Below, piece by piece: positions 11,145-21,065 of a stretch of DNA of 64,000 bases. Made by a program: the position numbers and the translations under genes. The notes under the pieces were generated by a model. The model had not been told where the DNA came from. It saw only the letters and a program-made list of their open reading frames with translations, and did no database searches. Where the stretch lies: the sequence record SRR2962707_2060; one strand, given 5' to 3'. Within the stretch, counting starts at the first letter, position 1; each line of letters starts with the position of its first letter.

Positions 11145-11513
11145 ATGGCTCGTATCGCCGGGGTAAACATCCCAACAGGTAAACGCGTTGTAATCGCGTT
11201 GCAGTATATTCACGGTATCGGCGCGAAATTTGCGCAAGAAATCGTTGAGAAAAACAACATTGCACCTCAAACACGTGTCAACCAGCTATCAGATGCTGAA
11301 GTTTTGGGTATTCGTGAAACTATCGACCGTGACTATCAGGTTGAAGGTGACCTTCGCCGTGAAACTTCTATGAACCTTAAGCGTCTAATGGACCTTGGTT
11401 GCTACCGTGGTCTTCGCCACCGTCGTGGTCTTCCGGTTCGTGGTCAGCGTACGCACACAAATGCGCGCACACGCAAAGGCCCAGCTAAAGCGATTGCTGG
11501 TAAGAAGAAATAA
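11145..11513 (+). CDS. rpsM: 30S ribosomal protein S13
   Basis: [10 protein letters not shown] start, [21 protein letters not shown] 9 nt before ATG 11145. Confidence 0.98.
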   Translation: MARIAGVNIPTGKRVVIALQYIHGIGAKFAQEIVEKNNIAPQTRVNQLSDAEVLGIRETIDRDYQVEGDLRRETSMNLKRLMDLGCYRGLRHRRGLPVRGQRTHTNARTRKGPAKAIAGKKK

Positions 11514-11578
11514 TTTTTAAATAATAATTAGGTTTAGCCACTGGCATTACGGTGGCGCTTGATATCAAAGGAAATATA

Positions 11579-11968
11579 ATGGCTAAAGAAGCTGGTCGCG
11601 TTAAACGCCGCGAAAAGAAAAACATTTCATCTGGCGTTGCCCATGTGAACTCAACTTTCAACAACACAATGATTACAATCACTGACGCTCAGGGAAATGC
11701 TATTTCTTGGTCTTCTGCTGGTATGCAGGGCTTTAAAGGCTCGCGTAAATCAACTCCATTTGCTGCGCAGATGGCTGCTGAAGATGCTGCGAAAAAAGCA
11801 CAAGAGCACGGCATGAAATCATTGGAAGTAGAAGTAACAGGTCCTGGTTCTGGCCGTGAATCTGCACTTCGTGCTTTGCAAGCTGCTGGCTTCACAATCA
11901 CATCTATCCGTGACGTGACACCAATTCCACACAACGGTTGCCGCCCTAAGAAACGCCGCCGGGTATAA
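11579..11968 (+). CDS. rpsK: 30S ribosomal protein S11
   Basis: STFNNT and [12 protein letters not shown] motifs; start ATG 11579 after AAGGA. Confidence 0.98.
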   Translation: MAKEAGRVKRREKKNISSGVAHVNSTFNNTMITITDAQGNAISWSSAGMQGFKGSRKSTPFAAQMAAEDAAKKAQEHGMKSLEVEVTGPGSGRESALRALQAAGFTITSIRDVTPIPHNGCRPKKRRRV

Positions 11969-12067
11969 TCACGAAACGTCATTATTTGAGCCGCGCCAAA
12001 TCCAGCGGGCTTAAACAAGGCCGATTGCCACGAATGGATGGTGGCATTGAAGTTGAAGGAATAAACT

Positions 12068-13075
12068 GTGATACAAAAAAACTGGCAAGAGCTAATCAAG
12101 CCTAACAAAGTTGAGTTCAAGGGTTCTGGCAATAAAGTGTCCTTGACCGTTGAACCGCTAGAACGTGGCTTTGGCTTGACTATGGGCAACGCGCTTCGTC
12201 GCGTTTTGCTTTCATCACTTCGTGGTGCTGCTGTTACTGCGGTGCAGATTGATGGCGTTCTTCATGAGTTCTCATCAATTGCTGGTGTGCGCGAAGACGT
12301 AACTGATATTATTTTGAATATTAAAGAAATCGCGATCCGTATGGATGGTGATGGTCCTAAACGTATGGTCGTGCGCAAGCAGGGTCCTGGTGCGGTAATG
12401 GCTAGCGATATTCAGACTGTTGGCGATGTAGAAATTTTGAACCCTGACCACGTGCTTTGCACATTGGATGAGGGCACTGAAATTCGTATGGAATTCACTG
12501 TGGATGCGGGCAAGGGCTACGTGCCAGCTGAACGCAACCGCGCTGAAGATGCGCCAATTGGCCTTATTCCTGTCGACAGCCTTTATTCGCCTGTTCGTAA
12601 AGTGTCTTACAAAGTTGAGAACACACGCGAAGGTCAAGTTTTGGACTATGACAAGCTTACAATGACCGTTGAAACCAACGGCGCTGTATCTGGCGAAGAT
12701 GCTGTTGCTTTTGCAGCGCGTATTCTTCAAGACCAGCTTGGTGTCTTCGTTAACTTTGAAGAGCCAGAAAAAGAAGCTGCAGAAGAACAAGTTCAAGAAC
12801 TTGCCTTCAACCCAGCGCTTCTTAAGAAAGTTGATGAGCTTGAATTGTCTGTTCGTTCTGCAAACTGTTTGAAGAACGACAACATTGTTTACATTGGTGA
12901 TTTGATCCAGAAAAGCGAAGGCGAAATGCTTCGCACGCCTAACTTTGGTCGTAAATCACTTAATGAAATCAAAGAAGTACTCGCATCTATGGGCTTGCAC
13001 CTCGGTATGGAAGTACCAGCATGGCCACCAGAAAATATCGAAGATCTAGCAAAACGCTACGAAGATCATTACTGA
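12068..13075 (+). CDS. rpoA: RNA polymerase alpha subunit
   Basis: [20 protein letters not shown] and [14 protein letters not shown] start. Confidence 0.99.
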   Translation: MIQKNWQELIKPNKVEFKGSGNKVSLTVEPLERGFGLTMGNALRRVLLSSLRGAAVTAVQIDGVLHEFSSIAGVREDVTDIILNIKEIAIRMDGDGPKRMVVRKQGPGAVMASDIQTVGDVEILNPDHVLCTLDEGTEIRMEFTVDAGKGYVPAERNRAEDAPIGLIPVDSLYSPVRKVSYKVENTREGQVLDYDKLTMTVETNGAVSGEDAVAFAARILQDQLGVFVNFEEPEKEAAEEQVQELAFNPALLKKVDELELSVRSANCLKNDNIVYIGDLIQKSEGEMLRTPNFGRKSLNEIKEVLASMGLHLGMEVPAWPPENIEDLAKRYEDHY

Positions 13076-13110
13076 CACCCGGTTTAACCGGATAACTTTA
13101 GGAGAAGGCC

Positions 13111-13533
13111 ATGCGCCACGGTAAATCAGGCCGCAAGCTGAATCGTACAAGCAGCCACCGCAAAGCGATGTTTGCTAACATGGCGGCATCATTGATTGAG
13201 CACGAGCAGATCGTAACAACTTTGCCAAAAGCAAAGGAATTGCGTCCAATCGTTGAGAAACTCGTAACTCTCGGCAAGCGTGGCGATTTGCACGCACGTC
13301 GTCAGGTTGCGTCTTCAATTCGTGATGAAATTCAGACACGTAAATTGTTCGCTTCATTGGCACCGCGTTATGCGGATCGTCACGGCGGCTACCTTCGCAT
13401 CATGAAAGCTGGTTTCCGCCACGGCGACAATGCGCCAATGGCTGTGATTGAGTTTGTTGATCGCGATATGGATGCACGCGGTTTAGGTGATCGCACTCGT
13501 CTAGAAGCAGAAGAAGCTTCAGCTGACGCATAA
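13111..13533 (+). CDS. rplQ: 50S ribosomal protein L17
   Basis: [12 protein letters not shown] start, TTLPKAKE and GGYLRI motifs. Confidence 0.99.
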   Translation: MRHGKSGRKLNRTSSHRKAMFANMAASLIEHEQIVTTLPKAKELRPIVEKLVTLGKRGDLHARRQVASSIRDEIQTRKLFASLAPRYADRHGGYLRIMKAGFRHGDNAPMAVIEFVDRDMDARGLGDRTRLEAEEASADA

Positions 13534-13563
13534 TATTCTGCAAATAAATGCAGTAACTAAATT

Positions 13564-13595
13564 AAGGGCCCTCATTCGGGCCCTTTTTTGTTTTA
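13564..13595 (+). terminator. Rho-independent terminator after rplQ
   Basis: AAGGGCCC-TCATTC-GGGCCCTT followed by TTTTGTTTT. Confidence 0.9.
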
Positions 13596-13712
13596 GCGCT
13601 CTGCCTAATTGCACTAAGCGGTGCCACATAGCCGCTTTGTGATTGGTTGGTTTCATTGGCTGGCATTAAAGTTCTATACTGGATTTTCGGTGCCTGATTC
13701 ACTTGGGAGTGC

Positions 13713-15176
13713 ATGATGTTTTTTCGTTTGATTTCCGCTTTGCTCATTGTTTTTGCGACCTCATCGGGGGCTGCCTTTGCGCAGGATAATGCTTTGCGCA
13801 GTTTCCTCGGCGATTTAACCAATACAAAGACCAAAGGTGAGGTCGTGCGCCGCGTGCCATTAGGGCAAGGCGAGATCCAGCTGTCATTCGCACCGCTCGT
13901 TAAACAAACAGCGCCTGCTGTTGTGAATGTCTATGCAGCGCGAACCGTTCAGCAAAGCCAATCGCCATTTATGGGTGATCCATTCTTTGAGCAGTTTTTC
14001 GGCGGCCGTTTTGGCCAAGCCCAGCCGCGGGTTCAATCTTCGCTTGGTTCCGGCGTTATCGTTGCGCGTTCAGGGCTTGTGGTGACGAATAATCACGTGA
14101 TCGCCGGTGCGGACGAGATTAAAGTTGCGCTTGCGGATGGCCGTGAATTTGAAAGCAAGGTTGTTCTACGTGATGAACGCTCTGATTTGGCAATTTTGAA
14201 AATTGATGGGAAAGGCGATTTTCCCGTTATGCAGTTTGCTGATTCTGATGGCTTGCAGACCGGTGACTTGGTCTTGGCAATTGGTAATCCGTTCGGCGTC
14301 GGGCAAACGGTGACGTCCGGTATTGTTTCTGCCGTTGCTCGCTCACAGGCTGGTGTATCTGACTCAGGCTTCTTTATTCAAACCGATGCAGCGATTAACC
14401 CGGGCAACTCGGGTGGTGCATTGATAGACATGCAAGGCCGCTTAGTTGGCATCAATTCAGAGATTTATTCCCGGTCCGGCGGTTCTAATGGCATTGGCTT
14501 TGCGATTCCATCAAATATGGTTCATGCGGTTGTTGCGCAAGCAGAAGGTGGCGCCGATGCTTTTGAGCGACCTTATATGGGGGCGTATTTTGATAAGTTG
14601 ACAGCAGCTATGGCTGACGGACTTGGTCTGGATCGGCCCGTTGGCGCTATTATCACCGATATCGACGACAAAAGTCCCGCTGCGATGGCGGGTCTTCGCG
14701 TGGGTGATGTCGTTTTGGCGATTAACGGACAGCCAATTGAAACACCGGATGCGCTCAGCTATCGCCTCGCAACAATGGTTGTTGGTGACACGGTTAAAAT
14801 GGACGTATTTTCACGCGGTCGTAAGGTCAAAGTGCGCCTTAATCTGGAGAAGCAACCCGCAGAGGTAGCGAGTAAAAGTATCGTTCTTGGCGGTCGCGGT
14901 CCTTTTGCGGGCGCAACTGTGATGGCGATAAATCCGCAGATATTGAGAAAGCTGCGCCTAAAGGGCGATGTTCAAGGCGTGGTGATCAGTGAAATTGAAC
15001 GTGGTTCTCCAGCACATCGCGCTGGATTTATGCCAGGCGATATAATTGAGAGCGTCAATGGCACTGAAATCAAATCAGTCGAAACGATGAAGAAGGTCGT
15101 TGATGAGGGAGATCGCTCTTGGCGATTCCGTATCAATCGCGGCGGAAATACCATGCAACAATATTTGCGGTTTTGA
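13713..15176 (+). CDS. DegQ/DegP (HtrA) family periplasmic serine protease with two PDZ domains
   Basis: Signal peptide ending AFA; TNNHV, SDLA, IQTDAAINPGNSGG catalytic motifs; two PDZ-like repeats. Confidence 0.95.
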   Translation: MMFFRLISALLIVFATSSGAAFAQDNALRSFLGDLTNTKTKGEVVRRVPLGQGEIQLSFAPLVKQTAPAVVNVYAARTVQQSQSPFMGDPFFEQFFGGRFGQAQPRVQSSLGSGVIVARSGLVVTNNHVIAGADEIKVALADGREFESKVVLRDERSDLAILKIDGKGDFPVMQFADSDGLQTGDLVLAIGNPFGVGQTVTSGIVSAVARSQAGVSDSGFFIQTDAAINPGNSGGALIDMQGRLVGINSEIYSRSGGSNGIGFAIPSNMVHAVVAQAEGGADAFERPYMGAYFDKLTAAMADGLGLDRPVGAIITDIDDKSPAAMAGLRVGDVVLAINGQPIETPDALSYRLATMVVGDTVKMDVFSRGRKVKVRLNLEKQPAEVASKSIVLGGRGPFAGATVMAINPQILRKLRLKGDVQGVVISEIERGSPAHRAGFMPGDIIESVNGTEIKSVETMKKVVDEGDRSWRFRINRGGNTMQQYLRF

Positions 15177-15178
15177 TC

Positions 15179-16498
15179 TTGAACGGATTATTTGACAATA
15201 AGGACGAGGTGAAAGTCGCCGATAGCGCAACACGGCCGCTTGCTGACCGTTTGCGGCCGACACAATTGGATGAAGTTGTTGGGCAGGAACATCTGACAGG
15301 CGCTGACGGAGTTTTGACACGTCTTATGGCGGGCGGCGAAACGGGCAGCTTGATTCTGTGGGGACCGCCCGGCACAGGCAAAACGACCTTGGCGCGTTTG
15401 ATTGCTGGTAAAACCAATCATCATTTTGAACAATTATCAGCGATATTTAGCGGCGTTGCCGATCTTAAAAAAGTTTTTGAAGCGGCGAAATTGCGCCGGT
15501 CAAATGGCACGCCCACAATTCTCTTTGTAGACGAAATCCATCGCTTCAATCGCTCGCAACAGGATAGTTTTTTGCCTGTCATGGAAGACGGGACGATCAC
15601 CTTGATCGGTGCGACGACAGAAAACCCTTCGTTTGAGCTGAATGCCGCTTTGCTGTCTCGTGCGCGTGTTTTAACGCTAAAGCGCCATGATGAAGAAAGC
15701 TTACTTTCGCTTCTTAAGCGCGGCGAGGAGGCTGTTGGACGCCCTTTGCCGATCGTAGAAGATGCGCGTAACGCGCTTGTTGCAATGGCTGATGGTGATG
15801 GGCGTGCTGTGCTGACACTTGCCGAAGAACTCTATCGCAGCACTATGCCTGATGAGCAATTAGACATAGATGGGCTGCGCCGCATATTACAGCGCCGCGC
15901 GCCGATTTATGACAAGAGCCAAGATGGACATTATAATCTGATTTCTGCGCTGCATAAGTCTGTTCGTGGCTCAGACCCTGACGCAGCACTTTATTATCTG
16001 GCGCGTATGTTAGACGGCGGCGAAGATCCGCTTTATCTGGGGCGGAGGCTTGTGCGCATGGCCAGCGAAGATATTGGTCTTGCTGACCCGCAAGCACTGG
16101 CGATCACTTTGGCTGCGAAAGATGCTTACGACTATCTTGGTTCTCCGGAGGGCGAATTGGCGCTTGCTCAGGCCTGCGTTTATCTTGCGACGGCCCCAAA
16201 ATCCAACGCGGTTTATACGGCCTATAAATCGGCAATGGCGACCGCAAAAGCCAATGGTTCTCTTTTGCCGCCGAAGCATATTCTCAATGCACCAACCAAA
16301 TTGATGGGGCAGGAGGGTTATGGCCAAGGCTATCAATATGACCATGATGCGCCTGACGCGTTTTCGGGGCAGGATTATTTTCCCGAAGAGCTTGGCCGTC
16401 AAAACTTCTATCAACCAGTTGAGCGCGGATTTGAGCGCGATATTTCAAAACGTCTCGAATATTGGCAGCGATTGCGCGCTCAACGGCGTGGTGACTAG
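15179..16498 (+). CDS. rarA: Replication-associated recombination protein A (AAA+ ATPase, MgsA/RarA)
   Basis: PLADRLRP, GPPGTGKTT, DEIHRFN, ISALHKSVRGSDPDA; likely TTG start at 15179, start uncertain. Confidence 0.95.
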   Translation: MNGLFDNKDEVKVADSATRPLADRLRPTQLDEVVGQEHLTGADGVLTRLMAGGETGSLILWGPPGTGKTTLARLIAGKTNHHFEQLSAIFSGVADLKKVFEAAKLRRSNGTPTILFVDEIHRFNRSQQDSFLPVMEDGTITLIGATTENPSFELNAALLSRARVLTLKRHDEESLLSLLKRGEEAVGRPLPIVEDARNALVAMADGDGRAVLTLAEELYRSTMPDEQLDIDGLRRILQRRAPIYDKSQDGHYNLISALHKSVRGSDPDAALYYLARMLDGGEDPLYLGRRLVRMASEDIGLADPQALAITLAAKDAYDYLGSPEGELALAQACVYLATAPKSNAVYTAYKSAMATAKANGSLLPPKHILNAPTKLMGQEGYGQGYQYDHDAPDAFSGQDYFPEELGRQNFYQPVERGFERDISKRLEYWQRLRAQRRGD

Positions 16499-16569
16499 AC
16501 TTAATCAAACTTGCCGTTTTGCGCGCCAACGCGTAGGGAAGGCAAACAATTGATTTGTCGAGAAAGCTC

Positions 16570-17385
16570 ATGGACAGAAAATTCAAAAAATATATTAAGC
16601 GTGGCGCTGTTGCGGCATTCGTTGTTGCGGTGCTTGTTTATTTTATTCCTAAACTGACGCTGTTTTGGTGTATTTGCGGCGGGCTGGATGTTTCGCGCAA
16701 CAAAGATCGCAACTGGTTGATGTTTCAGCGCTATTTCTCTGGCAATGGTATTCTGACTTGGCTTCTTTCGCCCATAAACCTGTTTGTTGATGCTATTTCA
16801 CCCGTGAATAAAGGTGTTCTGAAACTGGAAGATTTGCCCGAAACGCATCGTGGTGAAGTTGCTCAAGTGCTGGATGGGTTTAAGCAAAACAAAACTGAGA
16901 TTATTGCCGATATTGATACGGTTTTTGGCGATAGCCGTCGCGGCATGTATATTTACCGCTGGTTTGGCAAAAAACAGATCGAAAAACGCCCTGAATTTAA
17001 TAGTGATTACAAATATGTAAAAACGATTGCTGTGTCCGTATTTAATGGCAAGGAATCGACGTCATGGCACTATGGGCCGCATCGTTTCAGCTATCGCGTT
17101 TTGCTTAATCTGACGCCTATTGAAACCGATAAGGTGTTTATTGAGTGCCAAGGCAAAAAGCATTTTTGGAATGAAGACCCACTTTATATTTTTGACGATA
17201 CCTTGTTCCATCGCTCGATCAATGATTTGGATGCACGGCGTTATGTTGTCTTCTTAGATGTTGCGCGGCCTTCATATTTTCCAAAGTTTATTGAGGTTGG
17301 TCTTGCGCTTATCGCTTTCTTGGGCGGTAAGCTTAAGGGTGCATTCTATAAGAATTGGAAACTGATTGGGACAGGCGCGAAATAA
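16570..17385 (+). CDS. Aspartyl/asparaginyl beta-hydroxylase-family Fe(II)/2-oxoglutarate dioxygenase (LpxO/OlsC-like lipid hydroxylase candidate)
   Basis: N-terminal hydrophobic helix; WHYGP...R.LLNL, IFDDTLFH and RYVVFLDV.RP motifs of the Asp_Arg_Hydrox family; start may be 16555 (TTG) or 16570 (ATG). Confidence 0.8.
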   Translation: MDRKFKKYIKRGAVAAFVVAVLVYFIPKLTLFWCICGGLDVSRNKDRNWLMFQRYFSGNGILTWLLSPINLFVDAISPVNKGVLKLEDLPETHRGEVAQVLDGFKQNKTEIIADIDTVFGDSRRGMYIYRWFGKKQIEKRPEFNSDYKYVKTIAVSVFNGKESTSWHYGPHRFSYRVLLNLTPIETDKVFIECQGKKHFWNEDPLYIFDDTLFHRSINDLDARRYVVFLDVARPSYFPKFIEVGLALIAFLGGKLKGAFYKNWKLIGTGAK

Positions 17386-17398
17386 GCCTGAAGTATCA

Positions 17399-17776
17399 AT
17401 GTTACAACTGCTTTTAATTGGGCTTGGAAGTGCGATTGGTGCCGTTGGTCGGCACTTGGTTGGGCAGGGCGCCATGCGCGTATTCGGCTTCGGGTTCCCC
17501 TATGGTACAATGGTCGTCAATATTGTTGGCTCATTTGTTATGGGTGCGTTTATTGCTTGGCTCACATCGCGCGCAGTCGTTTCCAATGAGGTAAGATTAT
17601 TTTTTGCCACCGGTTTATTGGGCGGATTTACGACATTTTCTGCATTTTCATTGGATGCAGTTCTGCTTTATGAACGCGGCGAATTAGGACTTGCAGTCCT
17701 CTACGTTGCGGCAAGTGTTTTGGTTTCTATTTTGGCATTGGTCTTTGGCCTGTGGCTCGTTCGCTCTTTAGCGTGA
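17399..17776 (+). CDS. crcB: Fluoride efflux channel CrcB/FluC
   Basis: FPYGT..VN..GSF and GLLGGFTTFSAF motifs; 4 TM helices. Confidence 0.95.
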   Translation: MLQLLLIGLGSAIGAVGRHLVGQGAMRVFGFGFPYGTMVVNIVGSFVMGAFIAWLTSRAVVSNEVRLFFATGLLGGFTTFSAFSLDAVLLYERGELGLAVLYVAASVLVSILALVFGLWLVRSLA

Positions 17777-17787
17777 AAGATTAAATT

Positions 17788-18801
17788 TTGGCTGGTGTTG
17801 AAGCAATAAAAGTTGACGAAGACGAGAATGGGATGCGCTTGGACCGCTGGTTCAAGTCTCATTATCCAGGGCTTGGCTTTGGTGCGCTGCAAAAACTGCT
17901 TCGCTCGGGACAAGTACGCGTAGATGGCGGCCGTGTTAAATCTGACACACGCCTACAAGCAGGTCAGACAGTGCGCATTCCACCGATGCAAGTTGATGTC
18001 GCTGGTGGTGCTGGCAATATGACTGCGCATTCCATCCGCAATACGGGTGATGGTGAAGCGATCCGTAAAATGACACTGTTTGAGGATGATCGTGTTCTCA
18101 TTATCAATAAACCGCCGGGCCTATCCGTTCAGGGTGGCTCCAATGTGCCGCGACATGTGGACGGTATGCTGGAGGCGTTGCGCAATAAAAAGGGCGAAAA
18201 GCCTCGCCTTGTTCACCGCTTAGACCGTGATACATCTGGCGTTTTGATGATTGCGAAAACGCGCAGTGCGGCGCAAAAATTATCTGAATCATTTCGTGCG
18301 CGTGAAACACAAAAGACCTATTGGGCCTTGCTAAAAGGCATGCCGCCAAAAGTGGAAGGCACCATTAAGAGCTTTTTGCTGAAAGAGCAGACTGAAGATG
18401 GCGACCGCATGCGCGTTGTCAGCCATGGCACGAAAGGTGCAGTACAAGCGATTTCCAATTATCGGCTGATTGAGCGCATCGGCCAGCAACTATGTTGGAT
18501 GGAATTGGAGCCGCATACGGGACGTACGCACCAGTTGCGTGTTCACACTTTGCAAATGGGCTGCCCGATCATCGGCGATCCAAAATATTTCGATCCTGAT
18601 CCTAATTGGGATTTCCCCGGCGGCATTCAAAATCGTCTTCACTTGCATGCGCGGCGACTGCGCATTCCGCATCCATCCGGCGGCCTTATCGATGTTAGCG
18701 CACCGATGCCTCAGCATATGGTGCAAAGCTGGAATCTTCTTGGTTTGGAAGAACGCACGGGTGATGAAATCGAAGAAGAATATTCTCAGCGTAGAAACTG
18801 A
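17788..18801 (+). CDS. RluA-family (RluC-like) rRNA pseudouridine synthase with S4 domain
   Basis: RLDRW S4 domain, HRLDRDTSG, GRTHQLRVH, LHLHA; TTG start. Confidence 0.95.
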   Translation: MAGVEAIKVDEDENGMRLDRWFKSHYPGLGFGALQKLLRSGQVRVDGGRVKSDTRLQAGQTVRIPPMQVDVAGGAGNMTAHSIRNTGDGEAIRKMTLFEDDRVLIINKPPGLSVQGGSNVPRHVDGMLEALRNKKGEKPRLVHRLDRDTSGVLMIAKTRSAAQKLSESFRARETQKTYWALLKGMPPKVEGTIKSFLLKEQTEDGDRMRVVSHGTKGAVQAISNYRLIERIGQQLCWMELEPHTGRTHQLRVHTLQMGCPIIGDPKYFDPDPNWDFPGGIQNRLHLHARRLRIPHPSGGLIDVSAPMPQHMVQSWNLLGLEERTGDEIEEEYSQRRN

Positions 18802-18836
18802 GAATATTGCATTATAAACTCACTGGCGTGCTTGGC

Positions 18837-20429
18837 TTAAAGATCGCCAGATAGTTTTGCTAGAATTTCGCGGCGTTCGTGATCGGAACTCGCCGCATTT
18901 AGTCGGCCAGACAAAGCAACGATAAATGCCGCATAATCGTTGTTCCAATCGGTGAGCAATTCTTCATGGCTAATGCGCGGTGGTTTTGCGCCCAGTGATG
19001 TTGCACGACCTTTTGACTCCGCTGTACCTGCAGTCAATTCATAGCTTTCATCAAACTGCGGCATATGAATTTTGTTGGCTTCAATGCCTTTATCAATCAG
19101 CAATCCTTGCAGGATTTCACGCGCATCATCGTCGCCATGATTGAGGAATAGGCCGCCCGCAATCGGCGCGCGCTCAGTTATCCATTCGATCAGTTCACCT
19201 TGGTCTGCGTGCGCAGAATAATTGCCAAGGCGGCGAATATCGGCGTTCACGACATATTCTTGGCCGTGGATTCTCACAGCTGGCGCGCCATCAGTTATCA
19301 CCTGACCAAGGGTGCCCGGTGCCTGATATCCGACAAACAAAATTGTCGCGTTGTGTTTTGAAATGTTGTTCTTGATGTGGTGCTGAACGCGGCCTGCATC
19401 GGCCATGCCAGAAGCTGAAATAATAATGGCGCCGCCGTTAATCTTATTAATGGCTTTGCTTTCATCAACGCTTTCAACAAGTCGAAAATTCTTGTCTCGG
19501 AATAGCTGATTATTGGCGATTTCGATATCATCTAATGTGTTGGCATATTTGATGAACACTTCGGTGACATTTTTCGCCAAGGGTGAATCCAGAAATACGG
19601 TTGCTTGAGGCAATTCGCCATTGGCAATCAAAACGCCAATATCATGAAGCAGCTCTTGGCTACGCTCTACTGCAAACGCAGGGATAACGATATTGCCTCC
19701 GGCGCTTAATCCGCGGACCAATTCGGCTTTGAGCATCTCGCGGCGTTTTTCGAGTGTGTAATCGTCGCGGTCACGGTCGCCATAGGTGCTTTCCGACACA
19801 ATGTAATCAAAACCTGTTTCGCCGCCAGGCTCTGGATGGAATACTTTCTCCTCTGGGCCAATATCGCCTGAGAACAAAATACGCATCGTGTTGCCGGTTT
19901 TGTCTGGAAATTTAATTTCAGCGGATGCCGAACCAAGGATATGTCCTGCATTCCAAAACCGCACATCGATGCCATCTGCCGGTTTAAACCAGTTGTCATA
20001 TTCAAAAGGTTTGAGGAGTTTTAGAACTTCGTCAGCGTCTTTTTCTTCATAGAGTGGTTCTACAGGCTCAAGGCCTTTGCGCTGACGTTTGCGGTTTTCT
20101 CGCATATTGTTTGAAATTTGGATACGCGCCGAATCTTTGAGCATAAATGCAAGGAGATCGACGGTCGGCGGCGTCGCAAAAATTGTGCCGGTGAAACCAT
20201 ATTTGGCGAGTTTGGGTAAAAGGCCTGAATGGTCAATATGGGCATGGGTCAGAATGAGGAAGTCGATGTCAGCCGGATTAAACGGGAAGGGCGCATCGTT
20301 GAGCGCGCGGATGGTTTTGTTGCCCTGAAACATGCCGCAATCGACAAGGAAGCGGATGCCTTGAGTTTCGATCATTGAACAAGAGCCGGTTACAGTGCCG
20401 GCGGCGCCGAAGAATGAAAGCGTTGCCAT
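18837..20429 (-). CDS. Metallo-beta-lactamase/beta-CASP fold ribonuclease (CPSF73/YSH1-like, bacterial)
   Basis: GAAGTVTGS, THAHIDHSG, AGHILGS, ESTYGDR, SAHADQ; SD GAGGGA upstream of ATG 20429. Confidence 0.92.
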   Translation of the reverse strand: MATLSFFGAAGTVTGSCSMIETQGIRFLVDCGMFQGNKTIRALNDAPFPFNPADIDFLILTHAHIDHSGLLPKLAKYGFTGTIFATPPTVDLLAFMLKDSARIQISNNMRENRKRQRKGLEPVEPLYEEKDADEVLKLLKPFEYDNWFKPADGIDVRFWNAGHILGSASAEIKFPDKTGNTMRILFSGDIGPEEKVFHPEPGGETGFDYIVSESTYGDRDRDDYTLEKRREMLKAELVRGLSAGGNIVIPAFAVERSQELLHDIGVLIANGELPQATVFLDSPLAKNVTEVFIKYANTLDDIEIANNQLFRDKNFRLVESVDESKAINKINGGAIIISASGMADAGRVQHHIKNNISKHNATILFVGYQAPGTLGQVITDGAPAVRIHGQEYVVNADIRRLGNYSAHADQGELIEWITERAPIAGGLFLNHGDDDAREILQGLLIDKGIEANKIHMPQFDESYELTAGTAESKGRATSLGAKPPRISHEELLTDWNNDYAAFIVALSGRLNAASSDHERREILAKLSGDL

Positions 20430-20447
20430 ATAATCCCTCAAATGTTG

Positions 20448-20473
20448 TTCCGGCGGTGAAATCACCGCCGGAA
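20448..20473. other. Perfect 12-bp inverted repeat between the FKBP stop codon and the RBS of the beta-CASP gene
   Basis: TTCCGGCGGTGA-AA-TCACCGCCGGAA. Confidence 0.85.
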
Positions 20474-20482
20474 AAATAGTCC

Positions 20483-20911
20483 TTAACCGATAGAAACCAG
20501 TTCTACGTCAAATACAAGATCTTTGCCTGCTAATGGATGATTTGCATCCATTGTGACGGTTGTTTCATCAACAGCGGTCACTGTTAGATTAATCACCTGA
20601 CCATCTTGTCCTGTTGCCTGCAATTGCACGCCAACATCTGTCTGAATTTCAGGCGGCAATTGGCTGCGCTCAATGGTCTGTATGCCTTCAGGATGATGCG
20701 GGCCATAGGCCTCTGCAGCGGGAATTTCGATGGTTTTTTTGTCGCCAACTGTCATCCCACGCAATTCCTTATCAAGGCCAGGGATGACTTGGCCTGAACC
20801 AAGTTCAAATTTTAAAGGGTCGCGACCGTCTGAGCTGTCAAAAACGGTGCCATCTGGGAATTTGCCAGTGTAATGAATATTCACGGTATCGCCGTGCGCT
20901 GCTTCTGTCAT
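20483..20911 (-). CDS. FKBP-type peptidyl-prolyl isomerase with IF domain (SlyD/FkpB-like, no His-rich tail)
   Basis: HYTG...DGTVFDSS, GQVIPGL, AYG, DANHPLAGKDL.FDVE. Confidence 0.95.
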   Translation of the reverse strand: MTEAAHGDTVNIHYTGKFPDGTVFDSSDGRDPLKFELGSGQVIPGLDKELRGMTVGDKKTIEIPAAEAYGPHHPEGIQTIERSQLPPEIQTDVGVQLQATGQDGQVINLTVTAVDETTVTMDANHPLAGKDLVFDVELVSIG

Positions 20912-21032
20912 TATTACCTACTTTTCGGGGTTTTGTTCTGGGTATTTTACCCACTGGACAATCCGCATATCGCATATGCGGGGTGTGGGCGCACACTATA
21001 ATAGTTAGCTCATATGTAAAGAGTGCGCTGGA

Positions 21033-21061
21033 TTGACAAAATTTAAGTGTGGGGATACTGA
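21033..21061 (+). promoter_or_regulatory. Putative sigma70 promoter for the structured leader and the 143-aa gene
   Basis: Perfect TTGACA at 21033-21038, N17, then TACTGA (a -10 lacking the final T, common in Alphaproteobacteria). Confidence 0.55.
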
Positions 21062-21065
21062 GATC

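Noticed and set aside
17330-17398. Fluoride riboswitch upstream of crcB
   Set aside because: Only 13 nt separate crcB from the upstream gene and no GGCGATGG-type riboswitch core is visible
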